Positions 41,361-51,749 of a stretch of 64,000 nucleotides of DNA are shown here, piece after piece. Origin of the DNA: Chloroflexota bacterium (GTDB lineage Bacteria; Chloroflexota; UBA11872); NCBI GenBank assembly GCA_965208215.1, contig CBDBOH010000002.1, positions 324,211 through 388,210 of the forward strand, written 5' to 3'. How positions within the stretch are numbered: the first letter of the stretch is position 1; each line of letters begins with the position of its first letter. The notes under the pieces were generated by a model. The model worked only from the letters and a program-made list of their open reading frames with translations. It did no database searches and was not told the origin of the DNA. The translations under genes were made by a program, and so were the position numbers.

Positions 41361-41843
41361 GTGGCCACAGATTTCGAGCAATACAACCAGGGCTACAACG
41401 TCGGGGTGGGCGGGGCGGTTGTGCGCGGCCGCACGGTGCTATTTGTCCGCCGATCCTCCAACTATGGGCGCGGAAGCTGGCAGATTCCTGGCGGGTTTGT
41501 CGACCGGGGTGAGACGCTGGACGCGGCGGTGGTTCGCGAAGTGCGCGAAGAGTCTGGCGTCGTGGCTTCGGTGCAGGGTGTTCTGGGTGTGCGCACGCGC
41601 TGGGATGACACCAATAGCACCTACGTGGTCTTTCTACTGCGACCGGAGGACGGCGAGCCGTCGCCCGGCGACGAGGTTGACCGGGCTGAGTACCTGACCC
41701 TGGCGCAGATCGACGGTCTTGACCAGGTGCCCGAGATCAACCGCGCGATCGCCGCGCGAGCGCTCGGCGTCTCGCGAAACCTGCTGTACCCGGCCGAGGT
41801 CGAAAACCCGCGCGGCGGCGAATACCGACTGTTTCTCGGGTGA
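41361..41843 (+). CDS. NUDIX hydrolase
   Basis: PGGFVDRGETLDAAVVREVREESG Nudix box; AGGAG before GTG 41361. Confidence 0.88.
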   Translation: MATDFEQYNQGYNVGVGGAVVRGRTVLFVRRSSNYGRGSWQIPGGFVDRGETLDAAVVREVREESGVVASVQGVLGVRTRWDDTNSTYVVFLLRPEDGEPSPGDEVDRAEYLTLAQIDGLDQVPEINRAIAARALGVSRNLLYPAEVENPRGGEYRLFLG

Positions 41844-42156
41844 GCGACCGCTTCGTGGGGGTGGGCGTCGGGCCCTTGCCTGTCGAGCACCCTGGGTCCA
41901 GCGGCGCCCGGCGTCAGTGGCGAGTCTTGCTTGAATGAGTCGTTCATTCCGTCTGCGAGGTCAGGTGTGCCGCGTATGGTGCGCGCGGCGCCCGGCTCTG
42001 CCGCGACTCACCGGACTCTGGAGTTGACCTGAACGTGTCTGACGTCGTAGCGGTGGCGACCAGGTGTCACCGCGGCGCGGCACCTATCCTTTGGATTCGT
42101 CAAAGCCGAGCGTCGATGCGTGAGGGCACAATGGGCCGCCTGTATGGCTTTCCGGG

Positions 42157-44346
42157 TTGAGTTGCGTGGCAAGAAGAATTGCTGACGAAGTCCTGGGCTC
42201 GGCCCGACTTGAGATTGACGGGCCGGCTACGGCTGGCGAGCCGGTGACGTTTCGGATCATTTACACGGCTGGGTCGGTTGGGATTGACGACCGGGGGGCG
42301 GTGCGGGTTTCGTGGCGGGCGCAAGCGGGGTTGGGGGCTCCGCAGTTTGAGGATTCGGCCGCGTCCGGATACCTGGCGGTTCGCACGGTGTCAGAGGGCA
42401 GCGTACGGCCGGTGGCGCGCTTCAATGAGCGTGGACACCGGCGGCCGTTCGTGCCGGCGGTCACGGTTCACACTGATGACGGCGGGCTGGGGCCGGGCGA
42501 CCGGCTGGAACTGACGTTCGGCGAAACGTCCGAGGGCAGTCCTGGAGTCCGCGCGCCTGTGACGGTGGTTGAGGCGTTCGAGTTCCAGATCTCGGTTGAC
42601 TGCAAGGGTGCGCAGGAGTTCCTGGATCTGGATGGCTTTCTGACATTCCCGGTTCGGGCGGGTCCCGCCGTTCGGCTGGTGGCCGTTGCTCCGAGCGACG
42701 TGAGGGTCGGAGATCCGTTCGCAGTTCGGGTTCGGTTCGAGGATGCCTGGGGCAACCCGACGGAAACGCCAGGGGCCTCGCTCCAGGTCGGACGGTCTGA
42801 CACCGGCGACTCGCTCGGGGCGGCATCCGGCAGCGGGCCGGTGATTCCGGTGGAGAATCTGAGGCTGGAGGAATCCGGCGTTATCCGGCTAGAAGTGATG
42901 GACCAGACCACCGGCCTTCGTTCGACCAGTAATCCGATCCGCGTGGCCACCGACTTACCGGCCGAACGTCGGTGGTGGGGCGATCTGCACGGCCAGAGCG
43001 GCGAGACCGTGGGGACCAACGCCTCGGCGGACTACTTCCACTACGCGCGTCACATCGCCTGTGCAGACTTCACCTGCCATCAAGGCAACGACTTTCAGAT
43101 TACGGACGAGTTCTGGGCGCGGCTACGGCGGGAGGTGGAGGCAATCCACGAAGACGGCGAATTCGTGTGCTTTCACGGCTACGAGTGGTCCGGGAACACC
43201 GAGGTCGGTGGTGACCGAAACGTGATTTTTCGAGGGATTCCCGCCGCCAGCGACATTTCGCGGTCAGGACGCTGGCTGATTGAGGATCGCCGGCCGCTGG
43301 ATCCGGATAGCGACTCGGGCCACCTGAAGGACCTTTACGCACGGCTGCGCGGGCGGGACGACGTGATGCTGCTGCCGCACGTGGGCGGACGGCGCGCCGA
43401 GTTGCGCTGGCTCGATCCCAAGCTGGAACCGGTCGTGGAGGTGCACTCCGCGCATGGCACTTCGGAGTGGTTTCTCCAGCAGGCGCTGGCGACTGGGGCG
43501 CAGGTCGGTTTTTTGGCAGGAAGCGACGATCACATGGGGCGGCCAGGCGCGACGCTGGCCAATGCGAATGAAATGCCGGTAAACGGCGGCCTGGCGTGCA
43601 TTCGTGCAACAGAGCTGACGCGAAACGGCATATGGGCGGGCCTGCACTCGCGCCACTGCCACGGAACCTCGGGTGCGCGAATCCTGCTGGACACCCAGAT
43701 TGCAGGTGCGCGCATGGGTGCCGATGCCGAAGCTCCTGGGAGTGTGTCGGTGGACGCCAGGGTCAACGGCACGGCCCCGATCATAGAGATTGCGGTGTAT
43801 CGCGACGGCGACCCCGTCTATCGATGGACGCCCGTGGGTGACCCGTTGCACGTGTTGGTGGCGTGGACGGGGAATCTGCGGATCGCGCGCGGTCGCAAGC
43901 AGACGTGGGACGGCGAACTTTCCGTGGGTGGGGCCCGAATCGACCGGGTGTCGCCGTTCGCCTTCGATCATCCGGAAGAGGGCTTGATTGGCGGCGACGG
44001 GCGACGCGTGCGTTGGACCAGCGAGACTGCCGGCGACTATGACGGGTTGTGGCTGGAGTTGGCCGACGCCACGGATCCCGAGATTGAGTTTGCCGCCGGA
44101 CCCCTGACCACGTCACGGTCGCTGGCCGGGATCGAGAACGGCCCGATCTTTGTTGAGGCTGAGGGCCTGGGAGCGCACCTGCGCTTGCAGGCGTTGCCGC
44201 CTCGCGGCGGTCCCCTCGACTTTCGCTTGACCTGGGCGGACGACGATCCGCTGCCTGGAATTCATGCTTACCACGTGCGTGTCCTTCAGTTGGATGGACA
44301 CATGGCGTGGAGCAGCCCGACCTACGTCGAGTCCGCCGGGGATTGA
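42157..44346 (+). CDS. DUF3604-like protein (Ig-like N-terminus plus PHP-like metallohydrolase domain)
   Basis: WGDLHGQSGET, GYEWS, PHVGG, EVHSAHG, SDDH.GRPG, AWSSP. Confidence 0.75.
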   Translation: MSCVARRIADEVLGSARLEIDGPATAGEPVTFRIIYTAGSVGIDDRGAVRVSWRAQAGLGAPQFEDSAASGYLAVRTVSEGSVRPVARFNERGHRRPFVPAVTVHTDDGGLGPGDRLELTFGETSEGSPGVRAPVTVVEAFEFQISVDCKGAQEFLDLDGFLTFPVRAGPAVRLVAVAPSDVRVGDPFAVRVRFEDAWGNPTETPGASLQVGRSDTGDSLGAASGSGPVIPVENLRLEESGVIRLEVMDQTTGLRSTSNPIRVATDLPAERRWWGDLHGQSGETVGTNASADYFHYARHIACADFTCHQGNDFQITDEFWARLRREVEAIHEDGEFVCFHGYEWSGNTEVGGDRNVIFRGIPAASDISRSGRWLIEDRRPLDPDSDSGHLKDLYARLRGRDDVMLLPHVGGRRAELRWLDPKLEPVVEVHSAHGTSEWFLQQALATGAQVGFLAGSDDHMGRPGATLANANEMPVNGGLACIRATELTRNGIWAGLHSRHCHGTSGARILLDTQIAGARMGADAEAPGSVSVDARVNGTAPIIEIAVYRDGDPVYRWTPVGDPLHVLVAWTGNLRIARGRKQTWDGELSVGGARIDRVSPFAFDHPEEGLIGGDGRRVRWTSETAGDYDGLWLELADATDPEIEFAAGPLTTSRSLAGIENGPIFVEAEGLGAHLRLQALPPRGGPLDFRLTWADDDPLPGIHAYHVRVLQLDGHMAWSSPTYVESAGD

Positions 44347-44447
44347 TCGGCCACGCAGGCGGCGAGGCGTGGGGGTTGACGGGTTCGAGGGCGGTGCCTA
44401 GCCTCAGTCCCGCTCGGGCCAAGCCGATAGACCGGCGAGGGTGATCG

Positions 44448-46445
44448 ATGGCGGCGGCGCAGGATAGGCATCAGGCATCGCAGGAAACCGAGTTATTCGC
44501 CCCTCCGGCGGACTTCGCCGCGGCCGCGCACGTGCCGTCGTTCGAGGCGTACCAGGAGCTGCACCGGCGCAGCCTCGAGGACCCCGAGGGGTTCTGGCGC
44601 GAGATCACCGACGGCTTCACCTGGTTCAAGCCGTGGACGCAGTTGCACGAGGGCGAACCGCCGTTCGTCAAGTGGTTCGTTGACGGCGAAACCAACATCT
44701 CGGTCAACTGCCTGGATCGACACGTAGAGGCCGGACGCGGCGACCGCGTCGCCTACTACTGGGAAGGCGAGCCGGGGGACACGTGCGTGGTCACCTACGC
44801 CGACCTACTGACGGACGTGCAGCGCTTCGCGAATGCCCTGAAGGCCCAGGGCATGGAGGCCGGCGATCGAGTTGTGCTGTACATGCCCATGGTTCCGGAG
44901 CTGCCGGTGGCGATGCTGGCCTGCGCGCGTCTGGGGGTGGTGCACAGCGTGGTATTCGGCGGGTTCAGCGCCGACGCTATTCGCGACCGGGTCAACGACG
45001 CGGGCGCGCGCATGATCATTACCGCCGATGGCGGATGGCGGCGCGGACGGGTGATTCCGCTGAAAGGCAACGTGGACGCCGCGCTGGCCGAGGGCGCCTG
45101 CCCCTCGGTTGAGGGCGTGATCGTACTCAAGCGCTGTGAAAACGAGATTGGCTGGGACAACGGTCGCGACGTGTGGTGGCACGACGTGATCGAGGGCCAG
45201 CCGGACGAGTGTCCTCCGGCGCATCTGCCGGCCGAGCATCCGCTCTACATCCTGTACACCAGCGGGACGACTGGAAAGCCCAAGGGCGTGGTACACGCGC
45301 AGGGCGGTTACATGGTCTACACGGCCCTGACCTCCAAGCTGATTTTCGACCTGAGGGACGACGACATCTACTGGTGCACGGCCGACATCGGCTGGGTGAC
45401 CGGGCACAGCTACATCGTGTACGGAATCCTGGCCAACGGCATCACTGGCGTGATGTACGAAGGCGCGCCGAACCATCCGGCCGAGGACCGATTCTGGGAG
45501 ATCGTGGAGAAGTACCGCGTGACGGTGTTCTACACGGCGCCTACCGCCATCCGCACGTTCGTGCGCTGGGGCGACCATCACCCGCAAGGACACGACCTTT
45601 CGAGCCTGCGGTTGCTTGGCACGGTGGGCGAGCCGATCAATCCGGACGCCTGGCTCTGGTATCACCGGGTTATCGGCGGGGGACGCTGCCCGATCGTGGA
45701 TACGTGGTGGCAGACCGAAACGGGTGGAATCCTGATAACCCCGCTGCCGGGGGCCACTACCCTCAAGCCCGGCTCGGCCACGCTGCCGTTCCCGGGCGTG
45801 GAGCCGGCGGTGGTGGGTGAAGACGGCGAACCGGTACCGGACGGGCAGCGAGGGCTGCTGATCATCAAGCGGGCCTGGCCTTCGATGCTTCGTGGCATCT
45901 ACCAGGAAGGCTGGGGGCAACCCGGACATCCCGGCGAGTACGGCGACAGCGAGCGGCTCATCGAGACCTATTGGGAGAAGTTCCCCGGCCGCTACCTAAC
46001 CGGCGACGGCGCGGTGCGCGACACCGACGGCTACTACTGGGTCATCGGCCGGGTGGACGACACGCTCAGCGTGGCGGGTCACCGCATCGGCACCGCCGAG
46101 GTGGAGAGCGCGCTGGTCAGCCATCCCTCCGTCGCCGAATCGGCCGTCGTGGGAGCGCCTGATCCGATTACTGGTGAGTTCATTTCGGCGTTTGTCACGC
46201 TGCGCGCGGAGGTCGACGGCAGCGACGAACTGCAGGCCGAGTTGATCGCGCACGTCGGTCAGGTTCTCGGTCGGTTTGCCTGTCCCAAGCAGTTGCGGTT
46301 CACAGATGCGCTGCCAAAGACGCGCAGCGGCAAAATCATGCGGCGCCTGCTGCGGGACATCGCGGCCGGTCGCGAGGTGGTGGGCGACACGACGACGCTC
46401 GAAGACCTGACGGTGCTGGCGGCACTGCGGGGCGACGAGGAATAG
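44448..46445 (+). CDS. acs: Acetyl-CoA synthetase
   Basis: [43 protein letters not shown]. Confidence 0.96.
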   Translation: MAAAQDRHQASQETELFAPPADFAAAAHVPSFEAYQELHRRSLEDPEGFWREITDGFTWFKPWTQLHEGEPPFVKWFVDGETNISVNCLDRHVEAGRGDRVAYYWEGEPGDTCVVTYADLLTDVQRFANALKAQGMEAGDRVVLYMPMVPELPVAMLACARLGVVHSVVFGGFSADAIRDRVNDAGARMIITADGGWRRGRVIPLKGNVDAALAEGACPSVEGVIVLKRCENEIGWDNGRDVWWHDVIEGQPDECPPAHLPAEHPLYILYTSGTTGKPKGVVHAQGGYMVYTALTSKLIFDLRDDDIYWCTADIGWVTGHSYIVYGILANGITGVMYEGAPNHPAEDRFWEIVEKYRVTVFYTAPTAIRTFVRWGDHHPQGHDLSSLRLLGTVGEPINPDAWLWYHRVIGGGRCPIVDTWWQTETGGILITPLPGATTLKPGSATLPFPGVEPAVVGEDGEPVPDGQRGLLIIKRAWPSMLRGIYQEGWGQPGHPGEYGDSERLIETYWEKFPGRYLTGDGAVRDTDGYYWVIGRVDDTLSVAGHRIGTAEVESALVSHPSVAESAVVGAPDPITGEFISAFVTLRAEVDGSDELQAELIAHVGQVLGRFACPKQLRFTDALPKTRSGKIMRRLLRDIAAGREVVGDTTTLEDLTVLAALRGDEE

Positions 46446-46495
46446 TCAGTCCTGAGCTGCCGGGGCCGTCCGCGAGGATTCGCGGGGAGCCGACT

Positions 46496-46513
46496 TTGTG
46501 AATACAATCACAA
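46496..46513. promoter_or_regulatory. Rex/CRP-type operator TTGTGAA-TACA-ATCACAA
   Basis: One mismatch from Rex TTGTGAAnnnnTTCACAA and an exact TGTGA-N6-TCACA; overlaps a TACAAT -10-like hexamer. Confidence 0.7.
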
Positions 46514-46551
46514 CCGAGGGCGCGTGTGCGCCCTAGGAGAACCGCGACCGC

Positions 46552-47106
46552 ATGACCGGCCTTAGCCCGAGCCGCCGCCTGCTAGGTGCGGTGGCTGTGT
46601 CGCTTGTGGTCGCAGGCATTTTGGCTTCCTGCGGCGAAAGCCGAACCGTAACGACTTCCAGCGTGGTTGTGGTTGCACCGGCGCCCGTGGCACAGATCAC
46701 GATGCCGCCCGATCGGACGCCGGCGCCGGCGGTGGAGTCGCCCACCCCGCGCGTGGCCGAGGCGATCGTAGCCGTGACTCCCGTCACGGCCGTTCCAACG
46801 GCCGTGGCCGCGGCCGCGCCGACGGAAGCGGCGGCAGCAGCCGAAACTCCGGCAGCAATTGCCTCGCTGAGCGGCGCCGCCGAAGAGGGTCGCAAGCAGT
46901 TCACGGCGCTGGGCTGCATCGCCTGTCATGGCACCGACCTGAGCGGCGGTATTGGTCCAGAGTTGAGGAAGCGCACGGTCGAGGACCTGCCCGAGGAACG
47001 CATACGTTCGCAGGCCATGCAGGGCGGCGAGGGAATGCCCGCGTTCCCGAACCTGACCGAGCAGGAGTTGCAGAACTTCATCGCCTTCATCCGCAGCCAG
47101 GCGTAG
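46552..47106 (+). CDS. Lipoprotein monoheme class I cytochrome c (c-550/c-551-like)
   Basis: LASC lipobox, Pro/Ala/Thr linker, CIACH, GP.L, GMPAF axial Met. Confidence 0.9.
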   Translation: MTGLSPSRRLLGAVAVSLVVAGILASCGESRTVTTSSVVVVAPAPVAQITMPPDRTPAPAVESPTPRVAEAIVAVTPVTAVPTAVAAAAPTEAAAAAETPAAIASLSGAAEEGRKQFTALGCIACHGTDLSGGIGPELRKRTVEDLPEERIRSQAMQGGEGMPAFPNLTEQELQNFIAFIRSQA

Positions 47107-47229
47107 CCGAGGGCGATTCGTTCGCGACGGCGAGCGGCGCGAGTCGACGTTGACGGCCAGCGCCAGCCAGTTCGCCCCGCTACCTGCGCTTCTCTACTTC
47201 AGAGCCAAAGGACTTGCCACGGACAGACT

Positions 47230-47247
47230 TTGTGAACAAAATCACAA
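47230..47247. promoter_or_regulatory. Rex/CRP-type operator TTGTGAA-CAAA-ATCACAA
   Basis: Same motif as 46496, inside a palindrome with 12-bp arms (47224-47253). Confidence 0.7.
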
Positions 47248-47282
47248 AGTCTGGAGCGCGAGTTCGCCAGAGGAATGGCCGG

Positions 47283-47843
47283 GTGCCTGGTCAGACCCCA
47301 AGGCGCGGCCTGATTGGATCACTGGCGTTGGTCCTCGTGCTTACGGGTGTGCTGGCCGCGTGCGGTGAAGGGTCGTCACTGGCCGGAACTGGTGTTGGAC
47401 CGGTAGTTCGACTGCCGCCGGTAGCGCAGATTACAGTGCCGCCCGGCCGAGAGCCGGCTTCGCCCTCCACGTCGCCGACGGCGCGCGTTGCGCAACGGAG
47501 CACGTCCGTATCACCAACGCCCTCGCCGCACGGTGATCCTGCGTGCGTGTTCTCGCCTGAGGGCTGTATAACGCCCACTCCTGTGCCGTCACCTGCCGCA
47601 ACGCTCGCGGGTGCGGCTGAAGCTGGCCGAAAGCAGTTCACGGAGAGCGGCTGTATGGCCTGAAATGGCGCTGACCTGAGTGGCGGCATTGGACCAAAGC
47701 TCTCCGGGCGTACGGCGGACGACTTGAGCGATGACCGAATCCGCCAACAGATCATGGAGGGTGGTAGCGGAATGCCGGCCTTTCCAAGGACCACTCGACA
47801 GGAACTGACAAACTTCGTGGCGCTTCTCCGCAGCCATAGGTAG
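47283..47843 (+). pseudogene. Cytochrome c paralogue with an in-frame TGA at 47661 (pseudogene or recoded selenoprotein)
   Basis: LAAC lipobox; CMA*NGADLSGGIGP...GMPAF aligns without gaps to CIACHGTDLSGGIGP...GMPAF of the upstream gene; 59 codons stay open after the TGA. Confidence 0.75.
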
Positions 47844-47980
47844 CGTCAGGCAGTCGGAATCGAAGGCGCTATGGCGCAGGCCATGACCGGCGCTCAATCA
47901 GGGTTGCATTACGCGCTTCTTCGTCGCTTGATGAAATGGTGGCTGCGGTAAGCGGCAGAGTAGGCTCGTACACGACGTCT

Positions 47981-48053
47981 GCCCAGGTGGCTCAATCGGC
48001 AGAGCAGCGGTTTTGTAAACCGCAGGTTGTGGGTTCGAGTCCCACCCTGGGCT
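47981..48053 (+). tRNA. tRNA-Thr(TGT), CCA not encoded
   Basis: GCCCAGG/CCTGGGC acceptor stem, GCGGT/ACCGC anticodon stem with loop TTTGTAA, GTTCGAG T-loop. Confidence 0.95.
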
Positions 48054-48121
48054 CCCCTAACGGCGAACGTGCCGCTTGGCGCAGCGATTCGCCCCGGACG
48101 CGCCTAATGATCGTGGCACTC

Positions 48122-50833
48122 TCAGCGATCTGGGCGTCGAACAAGGCGGGCGACGCTTCGGACTGTTTCATTCCGGAGCGCGAGGGCAACGAGCAGTGTC
48201 GACGCTGAAGCTGCCGAAATGGCGATTCCTACGTCGTACCAGCGCTGCGGCGTGTACTCGAACGTGATGTTCGTTGCGTCGCGGACGGGCACGAAGTAGC
48301 CGTTCCACAGGCCATCGGCCAGCACGGGCGCGAAGGCCTCTCCGTCGACCGAAGCCAGCCAGGCAGGGTCGTAGGCCTCTCGAAGCACGACGAATGCCAG
48401 TCCGTCGGCGTCGTCTGCGGTGGCTTCGACTCGGGTGCGTTCGCGCCGGGCGATGTCAACATGCGGTTGGGCCAGCGGGGTGGCGGCCGTGGCTGCGGGG
48501 GGACGCCAGCCGGCGGGAGCGAGCGCCACGGTGCTGACCGCGGCGAGACCCGGACCGGCCTCTATTGAAATCTCCTCGGCCTGTGGAAAACCGACGAGGC
48601 GCCATTCCCACGCGGCCTCGGCGCTGGTCGTCGAAAGCCGCACCGAGTGGTCATGCCAACTGACGTTGATCCAGGAGGAATTCGGACTGGTGAACACGCG
48701 CAGCCACACCGCCCGATCTGGTGAATCGCGAAGATCGATCTCGAGCGTGTCGCGCTCTCCGCCGGGGACGGCGAACGCCAGGCCAAGCCCGTAGTCCGAC
48801 GTCCAATCATGGAGACCCTCGCCTTCGAGACGCTTGAGCCAGGACTGCCTCTCGTCGGCGTAGGCGCCGCCGCGTGTCCAGCCTCCTCGTGTACTGTGAA
48901 ATCCGAACCATGGGGTCACACGGCGAAGCTCGACGTTGCGATCCGTGGCGAAGACGGCGTCGCTCGTTCTGCCGGCGGTGACGGGCTGGTCTGGAAGTGG
49001 AGGTTTGATTTGATGGTTGGCGAGCAGGTACGCCGAGCCCCGGCGAGCAGGCCCGCCAAGACGGTCGGCCCAGGTGGCATCCACAGCTTCGACCTGCAGC
49101 GCAGCCCTACCCAGGCGGATCGCCAACGCGTTTGGCCCAGACGCAATCGCGTCGATATCAGGCAGCTCCAGGAGACTCCGCGCCAGCCGGTCGCCGGCCG
49201 GCCAGTCGCGTACTACGACGACGTGGCTGAAGCCGGCCCGCCGCGCGGCATCGAGAGCGTCCGCCGGTTCGCTGCCCACGAGGAAGTCGATCCAGCGGCC
49301 GGACACGGGCGCCGGCGGTACTGGTGAGCGGCTGTCGCCGGTGAGCGACGGACTGCCGAGACTTGCCGCTTCCATTAGCCTGAGGATGCGCGTGTCGTCC
49401 CACGGCGGGGTTCGGTCATCGGACGACACGACCAGGATGCGACTGGTAGGTCCGGCATCGGCGTCTACCGTCCGCAACACTTCCCGATAGTCCGTGGGAA
49501 GCGCCCTCGGGACGTAGCCCGGTCGGCTTTCATCCCAAAGCAAGGGGATGGCCGGGACCGCGTGAACGCCGAGGGAGAGGCCGACACCCACGGCGAGCAT
49601 CGCGGGTGCGAGTGCCCGGCGGAGAGTCCCGTTCGCGCGTACTCGGCCAATTAGATCGGCGGTCACAAAGCCTGCGCCAAATGCCTGGGCCACCACGAAT
49701 AGACCGACCAGCCGGTCAGGCTCGCGAAACACCCATAGACCCGGGACCGAATTGACGGCGACCTGATAGGCATCCGCCGTGGGCTCCCAGGCCGAGGCCG
49801 CGGCCACTAAGACCGACGCAATCCCGATAGCCGCCAGGTGATGCGAAGGCGCTCCCCAACGGCGCTGGATGACTGCCGCGACCGGCAATGACGCCGCGAC
49901 CCAGCCCGAGAATTCCCAGGGGAGGCGTGAGGCGTCTGGGAGGGCCACGTGCTGGTGCCAGTTGAAGTTTGCGATTCCCAGAACCGTGGTTGGCAGGTCC
50001 TGGTAGCGTGAAATCGTCGTGCGCGTCTGATCCATCAGGGTGTAGGCAGGATCTGGGCTGCCGCCCAGGAGCTTGATGGCCGCGTATGGAGCAATCTGGT
50101 AGGCCAACAAGGGGGCCAGAGTTAAAATCCACACGGCCGCATCCGCAATCGCTCGCCGCCGCCGCTGGTGGTGCGTCACGCACGCGCCGGCGATCCAGGC
50201 GATGATGGTCAGCGTGGTGAAGACGAGGTAATGGGGTTGGGCGGCGCCAAGCAGGCCGAATACGAGCGCTGAGCCGACGATCCAACTCCGCCGACGCGTC
50301 CGCGTGGCCTCCATGTACAGGGCCAGAACCAGCGGAACGACCGCCCATTGTGCGAGCAGCCAACTGTGCTCGAGCCGCGCGATTGTCCATGGATTGACCA
50401 CAAAGGCGACTGCCGTGACCATGGCGCCAAGCGCCGCACTTGACCCACGAAGCGCCGGCCGCCAGCGGCTGATGAGCGCGAACGAGGCAAACGCACTGAC
50501 GTATCCGAGTCCTGCGATCCATAGAACAATGAGACGCGCGTACGTTGCCCCGTCGAGACCCAGCAGCTTTGCGAACCCGACCAAGAGCAACGTGATCGGT
50601 AGGCGACCAGTTCCCGCAATGTTCATGGTCCCGCGCGGGGACCAGAGTGGGTAGACACTGTGTTCGACGACTCGGTCCAGCACGAGCGAGGGATAGAGGT
50701 CGCGTTGCTGCAAGTCGCCAGGTGTGGCAATCACAGCCCAGAAGACGGCAACTACCACGGCCAGCCCTGCCGTGAATGCGGCTATCCAGGGGGCCGCTAC
50801 GGAGATACGCGGCACGTGACTCCGACTTGGCAT
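48122..50833 (-). CDS. Large GT-C-like membrane protein (AftD/YfhO-like architecture)
   Basis: ~12 TM helices with VNPW and FREPDR, large extracellular region, LREAYDPAW...ADGLWNG...YTPQ and a terminal TM helix; start uncertain. Confidence 0.7.
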   Translation of the reverse strand: MPSRSHVPRISVAAPWIAAFTAGLAVVVAVFWAVIATPGDLQQRDLYPSLVLDRVVEHSVYPLWSPRGTMNIAGTGRLPITLLLVGFAKLLGLDGATYARLIVLWIAGLGYVSAFASFALISRWRPALRGSSAALGAMVTAVAFVVNPWTIARLEHSWLLAQWAVVPLVLALYMEATRTRRRSWIVGSALVFGLLGAAQPHYLVFTTLTIIAWIAGACVTHHQRRRRAIADAAVWILTLAPLLAYQIAPYAAIKLLGGSPDPAYTLMDQTRTTISRYQDLPTTVLGIANFNWHQHVALPDASRLPWEFSGWVAASLPVAAVIQRRWGAPSHHLAAIGIASVLVAAASAWEPTADAYQVAVNSVPGLWVFREPDRLVGLFVVAQAFGAGFVTADLIGRVRANGTLRRALAPAMLAVGVGLSLGVHAVPAIPLLWDESRPGYVPRALPTDYREVLRTVDADAGPTSRILVVSSDDRTPPWDDTRILRLMEAASLGSPSLTGDSRSPVPPAPVSGRWIDFLVGSEPADALDAARRAGFSHVVVVRDWPAGDRLARSLLELPDIDAIASGPNALAIRLGRAALQVEAVDATWADRLGGPARRGSAYLLANHQIKPPLPDQPVTAGRTSDAVFATDRNVELRRVTPWFGFHSTRGGWTRGGAYADERQSWLKRLEGEGLHDWTSDYGLGLAFAVPGGERDTLEIDLRDSPDRAVWLRVFTSPNSSWINVSWHDHSVRLSTTSAEAAWEWRLVGFPQAEEISIEAGPGLAAVSTVALAPAGWRPPAATAATPLAQPHVDIARRERTRVEATADDADGLAFVVLREAYDPAWLASVDGEAFAPVLADGLWNGYFVPVRDATNITFEYTPQRWYDVGIAISAASASTLLVALALRNETVRSVARLVRRPDR

Positions 50834-50862
50834 GGAGCCAGACCGTGAACTGGGATGGACCG

Positions 50863-51609
50863 GTGTCGCGACTGCCACTCAGGTTCCTTTGGATTGCCGT
50901 AGCGGCGAGTTTAGTTGCGGCCCTGGCCGCGCTCATTGCGGTTGCTCGCGCCGAGGGCGAGTGGCCAGCGTTCCCGGCGTACCCGGCCAACCTGGACTTT
51001 GGACCAGTATTCGAGGGGGAACTACTGGAGCAGACCATCGCCGCCCCGGCGACGCCGCTTCGTGAGTTTCGATTGTTCGCCGTTCCACCGTGGCCGGCGA
51101 AGGTCACCGTCCGAGTGCGCGACGCGGGGCAGGCGTCGAACGACCTGCTGTACGAGTCGCAGACGCCAATCGGCGCTAGCGGATCGATTCGCGTGCGAAT
51201 CCCCGGCACGGTGGACACGAGCCGGCGGATCCTGCGAGTTCAGGTGGTCAATCCAGCTGGATCCTCAACACCCTTAACCCTTCGCGCAAGCCGAATCAAC
51301 CCCTATCCGGACGGTCAAGCCGCGGCGCGTGACGATGTGGGAGAAGGGAATGTCGACCTGGTGATGGAGACACGGCGCCGAGTCACTCCCGGTTCGCTGG
51401 CGCAGGAGGTGTGGCGGGCGCATGCGCCGGGAGCGGTGTTCATTCTCTTGACAGTGAGCGTGTTTGGTGGCGCCGTCCTTGGATGGCTTCGACGCCGGAC
51501 GGCTGGTCGCCCATTGCCGGTTTCTATTTCGGCAGGCTTGCTATTGCTTACAGCCGGGCTACTAGCTGCACGAATCGGGTTCGCATGGCTCGCGCCGTGG
51601 ACAGCGTAG
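50863..51609 (+). CDS. Membrane-anchored protein with an extracellular beta-rich domain (paralogue of 56463-57299)
   Basis: N-terminal TM helix, EQTIAAP...NPYPDG...DLVM, two C-terminal TM helices. Confidence 0.65.
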   Translation: MSRLPLRFLWIAVAASLVAALAALIAVARAEGEWPAFPAYPANLDFGPVFEGELLEQTIAAPATPLREFRLFAVPPWPAKVTVRVRDAGQASNDLLYESQTPIGASGSIRVRIPGTVDTSRRILRVQVVNPAGSSTPLTLRASRINPYPDGQAAARDDVGEGNVDLVMETRRRVTPGSLAQEVWRAHAPGAVFILLTVSVFGGAVLGWLRRRTAGRPLPVSISAGLLLLTAGLLAARIGFAWLAPWTA

Positions 51610-51749
51610 TCAAGGGACCGGCGCTGTAATGGCTAAGAATTTGGCGCCCTGCCGCGAGGATCCGCTGCGGACCCGGCCTGGGCTAGAATCGCCTCGCCGC
51701 GGCAAGCGTCCGACGCCGAATCACCTGGTTCTCGCAGCCTGATCGGAGT

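Noticed and set aside
47214-47282. TTG start at 47214 for the second cytochrome gene
   Set aside because: It would place the operator palindrome inside the CDS; GTG 47283 has an RBS and gives a normal lipoprotein signal
49716-51218. 500-aa minus-strand ORF
   Set aside because: Overlaps two better-supported membrane protein genes and has no motifs
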